Shown here one piece after another: positions 48,401 through 58,865 of a stretch of DNA of 64,000 nt. Under the pieces are notes generated by a model. That model was not told the DNA's origin and searched no databases. It worked only from the letters and a program-made list of their open reading frames with translations. The position numbers were made by a program, and so were the translations under genes. This DNA comes from Candidatus Bathyarchaeota archaeon. Lineage in GTDB: Archaea > Thermoproteota > Bathyarchaeia > Bathyarchaeales > Bathyarchaeaceae. Numbering within the stretch: position 1 is the stretch's first letter; every line of letters begins with the position of its first letter. The DNA is taken from positions 1 through 64,000 of the forward strand of contig CAVOMX010000022.1 of NCBI GenBank assembly GCA_963697165.1, written 5' to 3'.

Positions 48401-48820
48401 GTCGACATTTTCATTGGAGTAGTCTACTACCAGAAGCTTCACCACATGGTTGCAGACAAGATGCACGCCAGAGCTCGTGGACAGGTTCAAATGTTGACCC
48501 GTCAACCAACTGAGGGTCGTGCAAGGGGCGGTGGATTGCGGTTTGGTGAGATGGAACGAGACTGTTTGATTGGTCACGGCGCCGCCATGGTACTAAGAGA
48601 CAGGCTGTTGGAAGAGTCTGACAAGTATCTGTTGTATGTGTGCGAAAACTGTGGATTCATTTCCTACTATGACATTAAGCAACGCAAATACACATGCAGA
48701 ATCTGTGAAGACAAAGCCCAGGTATCGCCGGTAGTCGTATCATATGCCTTCAAACTTCTTCTACAAGAGATGATGAGTTTGTGTATAACTCCACGCCTAA
48801 AACTGAAGGAGAGAGCATAA
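45458..48820 (+). CDS. rpoB: DNA-directed RNA polymerase subunit B (Rpo2, unsplit)
   Basis: QHLDSYN, GGYF.INGSERV, ETPEG.NCGLVKNL, GDKFASRHGQKG and GGLRFGEMERD. Confidence 0.98.
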   Translation: MVISQNDLLLLQKSFFKEKGLVRQHLDSYNKFIDSGLQEVIDEIGEIKIEIPEMPYKIKLGQLWIIDPQSKISRPYKTEVDGTKHEIFPMETRFRNLTYAAPLALEMTPVIEGREQEPELVLIGDLPVMLKSKLCILSQLTDEELIEYGEDPYDPGGYFLINGSERVIVAMEDLAPNRILVDIDTRGTKPVYQAKIFSTTVGFRARIQLRMKSDGGISVSIPGVPTEAPFVILMRALGIESDKEIAETVSPNPIVQNELEASFEKAAGFDTVQDAIMYIGNRVAHGQVEEYRKQKAKSIIDRNFLPHIGRTEEDRLEKALFLGEMASRVIELKLGKRTPDDKDHFKNKRLKLGGPLLSDLFRIAFRNLCRDIKYQLERMGIKRQIITISAAVRPGIVSDRHRHALATGNWGRGRVGITQLLDRTNTVSTLSHLRRLQSPLSRSQPNFEARDLHPTHWGRLCPNETPEGSNCGLVKNLSLGASISIYVDPAGIKQLLYQMDVVPVAETDVDIRASSAKVYVNGSILGYSASPQKLVDEIRRKRRNGELSTEINVAYFSKLQGESEEVYISCDQGRVRRPLIIVENGVPKLKPEHIEKLRSGEWAWGDIIQKGILEYIDAEEEENIYVAIDFDKITPEHTHVEIATYTILGICASIIPYPEHNQSPRNSYEAAMSKQALGINLTNFPNRVDSRCHILHYPQTPLVKTKPMDIIGYTDRPSGQNCVVAILSFEGYNMEDAIIFNKASIERGLVRSTFFRIYEAECRQYLGGLRDRFLVPEQGIRGYRGEQYYRLLEPDGIISLESEVAGGDVLIGRTSPPRFLEEYKEFEVKGPTMRDTSVDVRSSETGVVDDIFITETGEGSKIVKVRVRDQRIPELGDKFASRHGQKGVVGMVVPQEDMPFSPKGIVPDIIINPHAMPSRMTIGQFLESIAGKVASARGRPVDGTPFSNEGPEQLKKELVKLGFSHTGREILYSGISGEKFVVDIFIGVVYYQKLHHMVADKMHARARGQVQMLTRQPTEGRARGGGLRFGEMERDCLIGHGAAMVLRDRLLEESDKYLLYVCENCGFISYYDIKQRKYTCRICEDKAQVSPVVVSYAFKLLLQEMMSLCITPRLKLKERA

Positions 48821-48821
48821 A

Positions 48822-51800
48822 ATGTCAACGGAAGATTCAATTCATAAGATTATAGACGAGCTTTATTTCGGACTTTTTTCCCCCCAAGACATCCGTAGAC
48901 AATCAGTTGCAGAAATACAGACCGCCGATACCTACGACGAGGATGGAGCTCCGATAACCTCTGGACTCATGGACGGCAGGTTAGGAACTCTTGAGCCCAG
49001 ACAAAGATGCAAAACGTGCGGAAACACTGCCATAAGATGCCCAGGACACTTTGGTCACATAGAATTAGCTGTTCCAATTATTCATGTTGAATTCACGAAA
49101 ATAATTCACAACCTTCTTCAAGCTACCTGCAGAAACTGTGGACGCATTCTGCTTCCTGAAAGCCGTGTTGAAAAGATTAAGAACATGATTAAAGAGACAA
49201 TGAATCTGTTGGGTGACGTTCCAGCCGACATTTACAAGAAGGTAATGAAAGAAGCCAAGAAGAAAGATTGTCCTTATTGTGGTGCTCAGCAATCGAAGAT
49301 AGACTTTGCGAAACCCACAACCTTTTACGAGGTTCTCGATGAAGGCGCGCAGAGATTAACTCAGAGCATGATTCGAGAAAGGCTTGAAAGGGTACCCGAC
49401 CAAGACCTTGAATTGTTCGGCTTTAATCCCGCAACTGCTAGACCAGAATGGATGATTCTACAGGTTCTTCCTGTTCCTCCAGTTTACGTGCGTCCATCAA
49501 TAACATTAGAGTCAGGTATTCGCTCCGAGGACGATTTAACCCATAAGCTCGTGGACATAATTCGTATCAATCAGCGGCTACGAGAAAACATGGAGGCAGG
49601 CGCCCCAACGCTAATTATCCAAGACTTGTCTGAGCTGCTTCAGTATCACGCTACAACATATTTCAACAACGAGGCTTCAGGAATCCCCCCTGCCCGACAC
49701 CGTTCGGGAAGAGCCCTCAAAACAATATCTCAGCGTCTAAAGGGAAAAGAGGGACGATTCCGAAGCAACCTTTCCGGAAAACGTGTAGACTTTTCGGCGC
49801 GTACCGTGGTTTCGCCCGACCCCAACCTTGACATCAACGAGGTCGGCGTTCCAATGGAAATAGCCATGAGGCTTTCTATGCCCGAAAAGGTTACAGTCTG
49901 GAACATCGAAGAGATGCGGAAACTGATTATTAATGGTCCTGAAACATTCCCTGGTGCACTCTATGTTGTGAGACCGGATGGAAAAAGGGTCAGGCTAGAG
50001 TTTGTTGTTGAACGAGACAAAGTTGCCGAATCTCTGGAAACTGGTTTCGTTGTTGAACGTCATCTTATGAACGGCGACGTTGCAATCTTTAACAGGCAAC
50101 CTTCACTTCACCGAATGTCTATTATGGCTCATTATGTTCGAGTTTTGCCGCATAAGACGTTCCGTTTGCATCTGTGTGTTTGTCCTCCATACAACGCCGA
50201 CTTTGACGGGGACGAAATGAATCTTCACGTGCCTCAAGGCGAAGAGGCTCAGACCGAAGCGCGGCTTCTGATGCAAGTTCAAGACCAGATTCTTTCGCCA
50301 AGATTTGGTGGACCTATCATCGGCGCTATTAGAGACTTCATAACATCATCTTATCTTTTAACCAGAAAAGCCAATGTTCTAACTAAAGAAGAAGTTTGTA
50401 GATTACTTGTAGCATCAGGTTTTGAGGGACCTTTGCCTGAACCTTTCATTAAAGAACCCAAGTCTCTTTGGAATGGAAAACAGATATTCAGTCTCTTCCT
50501 TCCAAAAGACCTGAACTACGTATTGAAGTCAACTATCTGCCGTAATTGCACAACCTGTCTAGGCGAAAACTGTCCTAACGACGCTTACGTGGTTATTAAG
50601 AACGGAGTTCTAAAATGTGGCATCATTGACAGACGTTCCATCGGCGCTGAGCAATCGGAAAGCCTATTTCATCGGATAATCAAGGATTATGGGTCAGAGA
50701 CTGCAAGAAAGTTTCTTAACGACATATGTCAACTTCTCAAAGTCTTCATTAGTCTGCGAGGTTTCACCTTCTCATACGACGAACTTGAACTGTCTGATGC
50801 TGCTCGAAAGAAGATTAAACGAAACATGGGCATAATCGAGAAACGCATAGAAAAACTGATCACGGACTATCGTGATGATACACTGCCACGTCTTCCTGGA
50901 CAGACTCTTAACGAATCCTTCGAGCTCTATGTAATGAACGAACTTGCTGAAGCTCGAGACAAGGCTGGTAAAGTTGCAGACGAGGACTTTGAGCTTGAGA
51001 ATTCTGGAATAATTATGACCAGAACTGGAGCGCGTGGTTCTAACCTTAACATCGGCCAGATGGCAGCCTCTGTAGGTCAGCAGGCTGTAAGAGGGAAACG
51101 TATCATGCGTGGTTACGTTAACCGTGCGTTGTCTCACTTCCAAGAGGGAGACCCCACCCCCAAGGCTAGGGGTTTCGTGTATGCTTCATACCAAACCGGG
51201 TTAGACCCAATCGAATATTTCTTCCACGCCATGGGTGGAAGAGAAGGTCTGGTAGACACTGCGGTTAGGACTCAGCAGAGTGGTTACATGCAGAGGCGCC
51301 TTATTAACGCGCTTGAGCAGCTTCGGGTTGAGTATGACGGAACTGTGCGGAATTCTACTGGAGACATCATACAACTCCAATATGGAGAGGATGGTGTTGA
51401 CCCCGCTAAGAGTGATCATGGGCAAGCAGTTAACGTCAGTCGTATCGTTGATCAGGTAAAGATTATGGTCGATGAGGAAAAGCCTGCCTCTAAAGAGTAT
51501 GCTATGGGACGCCTCGGCGAAGTTGAAGACCAGTTGACTCCACTTCTTGTAAGAGAGCTAAAGTCTGAGTTGGCGAAGGCCCGATTTGGTCGTAAAGGCG
51601 TTGACCAATGCATCACTTTGACTTTAGATAACTATCAGCGGTCTCTTGTTGAGCCTGGAGAAGCTGTTGGTATTGTGGCTGCTCAGTCTATTGGGGAGCC
51701 TGGAACCCAGATGACTCTTCGAACTTTCCATTATGCTGGTGTGCGAGAACAGAACGTTACTCTTGGTTTGCCTCGGCTCATCGAGATTGTTGATGCTAGG

Positions 51801-52640
51801 CGAAGCCCTTCAACTCCTGTAATGACCATCTATCTTGATAAGGAGCATCGGAAGAGCAGGGAAACGGCAACAGAGATTGCTCGCGAAATCATCACCACAA
51901 CGTTAGAGGACATAGCAGAGGCTGAGCCTTACATAGATCCTGAACTTGAGGTGGTTGTTGTAAAACTTGATTCCGAAATGATGAATGAACGTGGCGTCAA
52001 CCCTGAGGATCTGCCTAATGTTATAAAAATGACGAACTATGAACTTAGTTTTGAGGGCGACCTTTTGATATTTAAGCCTAAAAAGCAGGTAGACATGAAG
52101 AAGCTCTTGAATTCTCTTCCATCTGAGCATATTAAGGGTGCACCTGGACTTCGTAGGGTTCTTGTCACAGAGGAGACTGGAGAATGGGTTATCCGAACGG
52201 ATGGCTCGAACCTGTCTGCTGTTCTTGATGTTGCTGGTATCGACCCGACGCGGACAACCACAAACAACGTTCATGAAATCGCTGAAACCCTTGGTATTGA
52301 GGCGGCTAGAAATTCGTTGATTAAAGAAGCCATGGGCGTTCTGGAGGAGCAGGGTCTTGATGTTGACATACGACATGTTATGTTGATGGCGGACATCATG
52401 ACTTCAACGGGTGATGTGAGGCAGATTGGACGGCATGGAATCAGCGGTAAGAAGTCTAGTGTTCTTGCTAGGGCAGCCTTCGAGATTACTGTTCCAAACC
52501 TCGTTGAGGCAGCTATCCACGGAGAAAGCGATCCGTTGAAGGGTGTAACCGAAAACGTTATAGTCGGGCAATCAATACCCATCGGCACAGGACTAGTAGA
52601 CCTTTACATGACAACAGCTAACAGAGAGAAGAAAGAATGA
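48822..52640 (+). CDS. rpo1: DNA-directed RNA polymerase largest subunit Rpo1 (A' and A'' fused)
   Basis: CPGHFGH, YNADFDGDEMN and SGYMQRRL, followed in frame by AQSIGEPGTQMTL.TFH and VLARAAFE. Confidence 0.97.
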   Translation: MSTEDSIHKIIDELYFGLFSPQDIRRQSVAEIQTADTYDEDGAPITSGLMDGRLGTLEPRQRCKTCGNTAIRCPGHFGHIELAVPIIHVEFTKIIHNLLQATCRNCGRILLPESRVEKIKNMIKETMNLLGDVPADIYKKVMKEAKKKDCPYCGAQQSKIDFAKPTTFYEVLDEGAQRLTQSMIRERLERVPDQDLELFGFNPATARPEWMILQVLPVPPVYVRPSITLESGIRSEDDLTHKLVDIIRINQRLRENMEAGAPTLIIQDLSELLQYHATTYFNNEASGIPPARHRSGRALKTISQRLKGKEGRFRSNLSGKRVDFSARTVVSPDPNLDINEVGVPMEIAMRLSMPEKVTVWNIEEMRKLIINGPETFPGALYVVRPDGKRVRLEFVVERDKVAESLETGFVVERHLMNGDVAIFNRQPSLHRMSIMAHYVRVLPHKTFRLHLCVCPPYNADFDGDEMNLHVPQGEEAQTEARLLMQVQDQILSPRFGGPIIGAIRDFITSSYLLTRKANVLTKEEVCRLLVASGFEGPLPEPFIKEPKSLWNGKQIFSLFLPKDLNYVLKSTICRNCTTCLGENCPNDAYVVIKNGVLKCGIIDRRSIGAEQSESLFHRIIKDYGSETARKFLNDICQLLKVFISLRGFTFSYDELELSDAARKKIKRNMGIIEKRIEKLITDYRDDTLPRLPGQTLNESFELYVMNELAEARDKAGKVADEDFELENSGIIMTRTGARGSNLNIGQMAASVGQQAVRGKRIMRGYVNRALSHFQEGDPTPKARGFVYASYQTGLDPIEYFFHAMGGREGLVDTAVRTQQSGYMQRRLINALEQLRVEYDGTVRNSTGDIIQLQYGEDGVDPAKSDHGQAVNVSRIVDQVKIMVDEEKPASKEYAMGRLGEVEDQLTPLLVRELKSELAKARFGRKGVDQCITLTLDNYQRSLVEPGEAVGIVAAQSIGEPGTQMTLRTFHYAGVREQNVTLGLPRLIEIVDARRSPSTPVMTIYLDKEHRKSRETATEIAREIITTTLEDIAEAEPYIDPELEVVVVKLDSEMMNERGVNPEDLPNVIKMTNYELSFEGDLLIFKPKKQVDMKKLLNSLPSEHIKGAPGLRRVLVTEETGEWVIRTDGSNLSAVLDVAGIDPTRTTTNNVHEIAETLGIEAARNSLIKEAMGVLEEQGLDVDIRHVMLMADIMTSTGDVRQIGRHGISGKKSSVLARAAFEITVPNLVEAAIHGESDPLKGVTENVIVGQSIPIGTGLVDLYMTTANREKKE

Positions 52641-52939
52641 TAGACGTCAACAAAGCAATAACTACAACCGCGAAAACCGGAAAAATCCAGATTGGAGCAA
52701 GCAGCGCCCTAAAGAGCGCTAAAGCTAAGAAAGCTAAGCTGATTTTGCTTGCTTCAAATTGTCCTCAGAATATCCGAGAAGATATTGAGTATTACTGTAA
52801 GCTTTCCGAGGTTCCGGTGAGCATTTTTAAGGGCGATAGCTCCGATTTAGGAGCATTGTGCGGAAAACCATTCGAGATTTCGGCTCTGACCATAAGAGAA
52901 CCTGGAGATTCAAATATTCTTAAAATTACGGAGGAATAG
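52637..52939 (+). CDS. rpl30e: 50S ribosomal protein L30e
   Basis: KTGK...G, A.NCP and LG.LCGKPF...L.I..PG.S.IL. Confidence 0.95.
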   Translation: MIDVNKAITTTAKTGKIQIGASSALKSAKAKKAKLILLASNCPQNIREDIEYYCKLSEVPVSIFKGDSSDLGALCGKPFEISALTIREPGDSNILKITEE

Positions 52940-52941
52940 GT

Positions 52942-53379
52942 ATGTCTACTGGAATAAAGTTGACAAGTGTAGAGATGCGTTACATTGCCCTGTTTCAGAG
53001 CGTAACTGGTGCGACAGTGAAGGATTGTATCATTGACGATGAACTCAACAGAATAATTTTTGTTGTAAAAGAAGGCTCCATTGGGATGGCTATAGGCAAG
53101 AAAGGAAAAAACATTCATACCTTGGAGAATATGACCGGCAAAAAGCATGAAATAATTGAGCACTCCGAGAATCCTGCCCAGTTCATCAAGAATGCGCTGA
53201 AGCCCGCCAAGGTGGATGAGGTGCGCATAACCGAGCGGATGGACGGGAAAACTATTGCAGTTATATCTGTTAATCCTAAAGACAAGGGTATTGCTATCGG
53301 CAAAAACGGTAGAAACGCTGAAAGAATCCGTTTTCTTGCAAAGCGGTACTTCCAGATACAGAACGTCAGCATAACTTAG
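52942..53379 (+). CDS. nusA: Archaeal NusA (KH domains)
   Basis: EMRYIALF...TGA...DC, AIGKKGKN and AIGKNGRN; follows rpl30e. Confidence 0.95.
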   Translation: MSTGIKLTSVEMRYIALFQSVTGATVKDCIIDDELNRIIFVVKEGSIGMAIGKKGKNIHTLENMTGKKHEIIEHSENPAQFIKNALKPAKVDEVRITERMDGKTIAVISVNPKDKGIAIGKNGRNAERIRFLAKRYFQIQNVSIT

Positions 53380-53680
53380 AAGTTTTTGTTTAGCTAAACA
53401 GACTGTGTTTTGCCTTCATTATTTGTTGCTAGTACATAATAGGCTAGCAAAATGTTGAGTATGGATTTTGTTAACGCCAAAAAACTTTCAATCATTAAAT
53501 GAATATAAAAAAAGGGACTGCCCAAAAACAGCTAGGCCCAAGAATAATATTAGGAGACAAATCCAAACTAAAAACTAATATTTGTAGATAAAGGAGTTTG
53601 TTTTCTAATCATTTTTTTTAAAATTTTTTGGAGACTTTTTTGCACAAGGGTTTATTTTGTGCGCGCAAAAGTGGATGTGT

Positions 53681-54971
53681 CTATTTCAAGTTGTTAAGTG
53701 TATTTATTGCTAAAGGGACAAGCATTTCTTCTTCATTTAGACCCCCATGCTGACCAACGGGGTTATACTTTATATCCTTAAAATGCTCAAACCAGACTGT
53801 TTCGTTTCTATATGGCAAAATTAACAGATTTCCCGCTCTATCAACAAACTGGCTTCTTATCTCTCCTCGCCCAAATAAACCATAATTTATTGCCTCTTTA
53901 GTTTCAACGACCTTCGCCTTGTCACCAATTTTTTCCAAAAGTAATTCACTCGTCTCTGTAAGCTTTTCTTCTTTAACATGAAGAAAAACGTCTCTTGCAC
54001 TGCCAGTAGGCAAAATGCGTTTCCCTGCTTTGCCACTCTGCAGGTTTTCTAATATGTCAGGAAACCCGTTTAGATATGTTGTCTTTTGGGGAACTATAGT
54101 TACACCCCCATGATCTGCGGTAATTAAAACTAACGTTTCTTTTGCAGTTTTGGGGTCGATTTTTTCTAGTAACTCTTCATTTAACAGATACGTGATGGCA
54201 GATAACTCTGCGCTGTATTCATAGCTTTTTGATCCGTATTCATGAGATATCGTGTCCAGATTGCTCATATGCACAAAGAAGTAGGCTGGCCCCTTTTCTT
54301 TTTCCAATTTTTTCTTTAACGTAACAATCAAATCTGACGACTTCAAAGACGGTATTAATGTACTATCTTTCAAAGAGTAGTTTTGAGTATTGGCTGTATG
54401 CGTATGAGGCGTAAATGTGCGTGAATGACTTGACACCTGCCTCTTTTAACGTATTTTGAATAGTGTTTCCATTAAACAAAATATTTGGGTTGAACCCACT
54501 TTCTATAAGTTCATTGCGATGTTTAGATCCTAACGGCTCAAAACGTAAGGTGTTGACTATACTACCGACCTCTTTAAGGTAAAGATAGTACTCAAAAAGC
54601 CCATGTTCCTGGGGAGTTAAACCCGTGTTTAAGGTTGTAAGTGCATTAGTTGTTTGTGAAGGAAATATGCTTGTTAGTGGGAAAACCTCGCTTTTTTCAG
54701 CAAGCTTAGCCAAAAACTTATTATCTTTATGATAACTTAAAAATTGGTTATATCCAAAACCATCTAAAACAAAAAGCACAACTTTATTGACTTCATCGTT
54801 AATTCCATTGTCCACAATTGGAAGCTTTGATAGTTTATTGTTAACACCGAACAGGTCCAATATTGTTCCTGGAATATTTGAAATGCAGTTCTCTTCGTAA
54901 CATGGATAAAGAAAATCGCCATCATCATGCGCTCTAATTGAATCACTGAGCTCATGTATCATACAAATCAC
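53681..54971 (-). CDS. Alkaline-phosphatase superfamily nucleotide pyrophosphatase/phosphodiesterase (1-bp insertion near 54370)
   Basis: VLDGFG, SIFPSQT, TG..P.EHG, LDT.SH..G, ITADHG and G.HGGL..EEM.VP across two overlapping ORFs. Confidence 0.85.
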
Positions 54972-55289
54972 TGAGGTTTGTGAAAAACTGAAGTGCGGAT
55001 CGTACTATAAAATTCCTTCTCACAGTAACCCACTGTAGGTGTCTGTGTTATTTTCTTAATCAAACGACGAATAAACGAAAAAATAGACAACTCTAACTCC
55101 GATTCCCAAAAAATTTCAAACAATCATATAATAACAGTTGATTGTTGAAAACAGGCTTTTTCAAGGATGAAAAAAAGCTGTTGCAACACCTCTAAATTTA
55201 TGAAAAACGTGCTCTTTAATTACGAACATAAAAGTGCTATTTAATTTTTAGTTGAGTTAACAGCCTTTTTTACTGTAACCCGCTGCAGC

Positions 55290-57719
55290 CTATTTCTTCT
55301 TTCTTGCCATCATCTTATCCAGTGTGGGTCGCAGTTTCTCGTTTTCTGCTTTGATCTTCTCTGGTCCCAGCGCTTCCAGCTGCTCAGTCATCTCCTTCAT
55401 GATAGCCGCAAACTTTACTCCTTCTGCAGCTGAAACATATTCTACCCTGAAGCGTTCTTTGCTGAGCCCAAGCTTCTCAAAAATCTTTGTTAAGGCATCC
55501 ATTCTGTGCCTTCATCTTGTAGTTGCCTGAAATGTAGTGGCAGTCATACGGTAGGTGACATGCGCCAACCATCACCATTCCTGCGCCCTGCCTGAACGCT
55601 TCTAGCACAAAATCCTTGTCCACCCTGCCCGAGCACATCACACGTATAGCCCTCATGGTGGGCGGATACTCGAAGCGGCTTGTTCCAGCAAGATCAGCGC
55701 CCGCGTAGCTGCACCAGTTACAGAGGAAACCCAGTATCTTGCCCTCAGGGTTATCCTCCAGAGCAGCCTTGATTTGAGCCTGAATTTGGTCGTCAGTGAA
55801 GTGCATCTGAGTTATCGCATCAGACGGGCACTCGGCAACACAGGTTCCGCAACCATGACACATGGCAGCTGTAACAGTCGCAGCCTGTCCTTCAACAGCC
55901 TTTATTGCGCCATACGGACACTTTGATAACACATATTCCACATTTTGCTGTCACGTTCTTGCATTTGCTTGGGTCAACTATCGGCTATGATCGGCTCTAT
56001 CTTCCATGTGGGCTGAGAAAGAACTGTGGCAGCTCGTGCAGCGGCTCCGCTTCCCTGAGACACACTGTAGGGGATATCTTTTGGTCCTTGGCATGCTCCA
56101 GCCAAAAAGATGCCGTCAACAGAAGTGTCCAAAGGCTTCAGTTTCGGGTGGCTCTCCATAAAGAAGCCATCGCCGCCCCTTGTTATGCTCAAGATTCTGG
56201 AAACCTCGTCTGATCCACTTGCTTGGAATCGCTGCTGTGCTCAAAACCACAAGCTCCGACTCCACCTCTATAGGCTCTCCGAGCGCCATGTCCTCTGCGC
56301 GGATCAGCAGATTCTTGGTTTCGGCAACTTCGGCGATTTGGGAGACTCGTCCCCTGATGAAGTTTACTCCCAACTCGCGGGCTCTTCGGTAGAATTCCTC
56401 GTAGCCCTTGAAGTTGGTGCGCATGTCAATGTAGAATATGTAAACCTCAACATCATCGTGGTAATTCTCTTTAAGCAAAATAGCATTCTTCAACGCATAC
56501 ATGCAGCAGAAGCCTGAACAGTACTCGTGCTTGTTCACGTCCCTTGAGCCAACACACTGAATAAACGAAACCGAATGAGGCTTCTTTCCATCAGAGGCAC
56601 GTATAACATTGCCTCCGGTTGGTCCCGCAGCCAAAATAAGTCTCTCAAATTCCATGGCAGTGATAACGTTGTCGAATCTGCTGTAGCCATACTGGCTCTC
56701 CTCGTAGGGCTTGTAAACGTCAAAGCCTGTCGAAACAGTGATTGTTCCAACCTCAAGCTCAATCTCTTCGGGCTGCTGATCAAAATTGATTGCCTGCCGT
56801 GCACCACAAGCGTCAACGCACTTGTAGCATTCGATGCAGTAGTCCCTGTTGATTGTGTAAACTAGTGGAACAGCCTGATCGAAGGGAACCGAAATCGCCT
56901 TCCTGACGCCCATGTTCTCGTCCCACTCGTTAGGATACTCTATGGGACAGGCGTCCCTGCATTCGCCGCAGCCTGTACAGCTCTCAGCGTTAACGTATCT
57001 GGGGTTCTTTCGTGATCTTCACCTTGAAGTTTCCCACGAAACCTTCGACGCTGACAAGGTCGGCGTACGATATTATTTCAATATTAGGGTGGCGGGAAAC
57101 ATCCACCATTTTTGGTCCTTCAATACATATGGAGCAGTCCAATGTTGGGAAGGTCTTGTCCAGCGCAGCCATGTGACCGCCTATGCTCTCGCCCTTCTCA
57201 AGAAGGTAAACTTTGAAGCCCATACCCGCCAAGTCTAACGCAGAGCTTATTCCAGCGATTCCCCCGCCGATTACAAGCGCCTTGTTTGTGACAGGAACCT
57301 CCATCGTCTCAAGACTCTGAAGAAGCCTCGCCTTTGCAACAGCCATCTTCACGATCTCTTTAGCTTTCTCGGTTGCCTCCTTGGGCGTGCTTTGATGGCA
57401 CCAAGAAGCAAACTCTCGGATGTTCGCCATCTCAAAAAGATACGGATTCAAGCCAGCATCGGCTACGGTTCTTCGGAAGGTTGGCTCATGCATTCTGGGC
57501 GAACACGCAGCAACAACAACCCTGTTGAGGTTGTGCTCTTTGATGGCTTTCCTGATTTCCTCCTGTCCCGGGGTCAGCGCAGGTGTAGCGGTTGTCCATG
57601 GCTATCACCACATTGGGCAGTGTCCGGGCGTAATCTGTTACTTCTTTGACGTCAACTGTGCCTGCGATGTTAAGTCCGCAGTGGCAAACGAATACTCCTA
57701 CTCGTGGTTCCTCAGACAT
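55290..57719 (-). CDS. hdrA: Heterodisulfide reductase subunit A fused to an MvhD (hydrogenase delta) domain; six 1-bp insertions
   Basis: [65 protein letters not shown] and CHGCGTC...CP, then MvhD motifs [25 protein letters not shown] and VSAAEG. Confidence 0.9.
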
Positions 57720-58643
57720 TGTTCTCCAGCTCCTCTGGGGGCAATCTTTTCATGATGACTTTCTTGAGCTTCTCTGCGTTCTTGTTTTGCATCTCCTTTA
57801 TCACAGCGTTGGTGGAAGCAAGTTTTTCGAGAGCTTTGTTCCATGCTCCAGAACGAACCTCAGTGTGACGTATGCGCGTCCTGTTAAGCTCTAGGGCTCC
57901 TTCCTCTGGACAGGCAATCTTGCAGGCGCCACAGTAGACGCAATGGGAATCGTTAACCTGCACTTTTCCGTCAGAGAGATACAGGACACCTGGAATCGGA
58001 CAGACATCAACGCAGTCGTGGCAGCCTTCAGGACATTTTTCGCTGTTAACTCTGAGGCTTCCATAGAACATTTTTTCCACATGAATTGCGCCGTCTGGAA
58101 ACTTTGTTTCACATAGACGACAGCACGGACACGATTCCTTGTCTATCTCAACTTTGACCTTGAGATTTTCTTCTTTGATTTGGAGGTTATATCTGCAACT
58201 TCTTTTCCATCTGGAGTGCAAACGCTTACCTTAATGTGGTCTAAGGGGCAGGCTTCCTCAATTTCTAGACATTCCAAACCGCATTTGGTTTCGTCAACCT
58301 TAATCTCCCGTATGAGCTGGGGAAAACTTTCGGTTTCAACTACCGGAATAACATGTTCTCCGTTAACTTTCATGTTCAAGGCTCCGAAGGGGCAAATTGC
58401 TTCGCACATTCCACAGTAGTGACATTTTTCTTCGCTGATGGTTACTGTGGGAGGCTTCGCTTTTTCTCCCTCTGCCTTTAGGGTTCTTGTAACTTGTATG
58501 GCTTCTCGAGGGCAGATTTCCATGCAGACCCCGCAGCCCATACACTTGTTCTTGTCTAAAGTAAGCGAATAGTGTCTGGCGTGCATCACCATCTCTATGA
58601 CAAGTTCGTTTTCGTTTTCGGTTTTGAGCAGTTTTATGGGCGT
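57712..58643 (-). CDS. Polyferredoxin (FwdF/MvhB-like); one frameshift near 58175; probable ACG start
   Basis: Multiple CxxCxxCxxxCP motifs over two overlapping ORFs. The frame extends upstream to ACG-CCC-ATA-AAA behind GGGGGT, and the stop overlaps the hdrA start. Confidence 0.85.
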
Positions 58644-58865
58644 TTTTCTACCCCCAGACGTTTTTTATCCAAGTTCTAAAAGGGATTTTATCCTTTTGGT
58701 TGTGAATTAGGTTTCATAAGCGGTTATAAATCTTATTGATTGATTATCATGAGACTCCAAGAAACAAACATGACCAAGCTAGAATTGTGCGAAAACCAAA
58801 CTCTATGACTTTTTGGTAGTGTTTAAAAATGTCGATTCTCAACATCTCTCTTGAGGAGATCTTCG

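Noticed and set aside
55290..57719. Selenocysteine read-through in HdrA/MvhD
   Set aside because: The corrected frame has Cys codons at the motif positions, and the TGA codons seen arise only in shifted frames.
55290..58643. Dense frameshifts in hdrA-mvhD and the polyferredoxin as programmed frameshifting, phase variation or pseudogenisation
   Set aside because: All six hdrA lesions are single-base insertions with no in-frame nonsense codons and intact motifs, and no shared slippery motif is visible. This pattern fits low-coverage long-read error. Read mapping would settle it.
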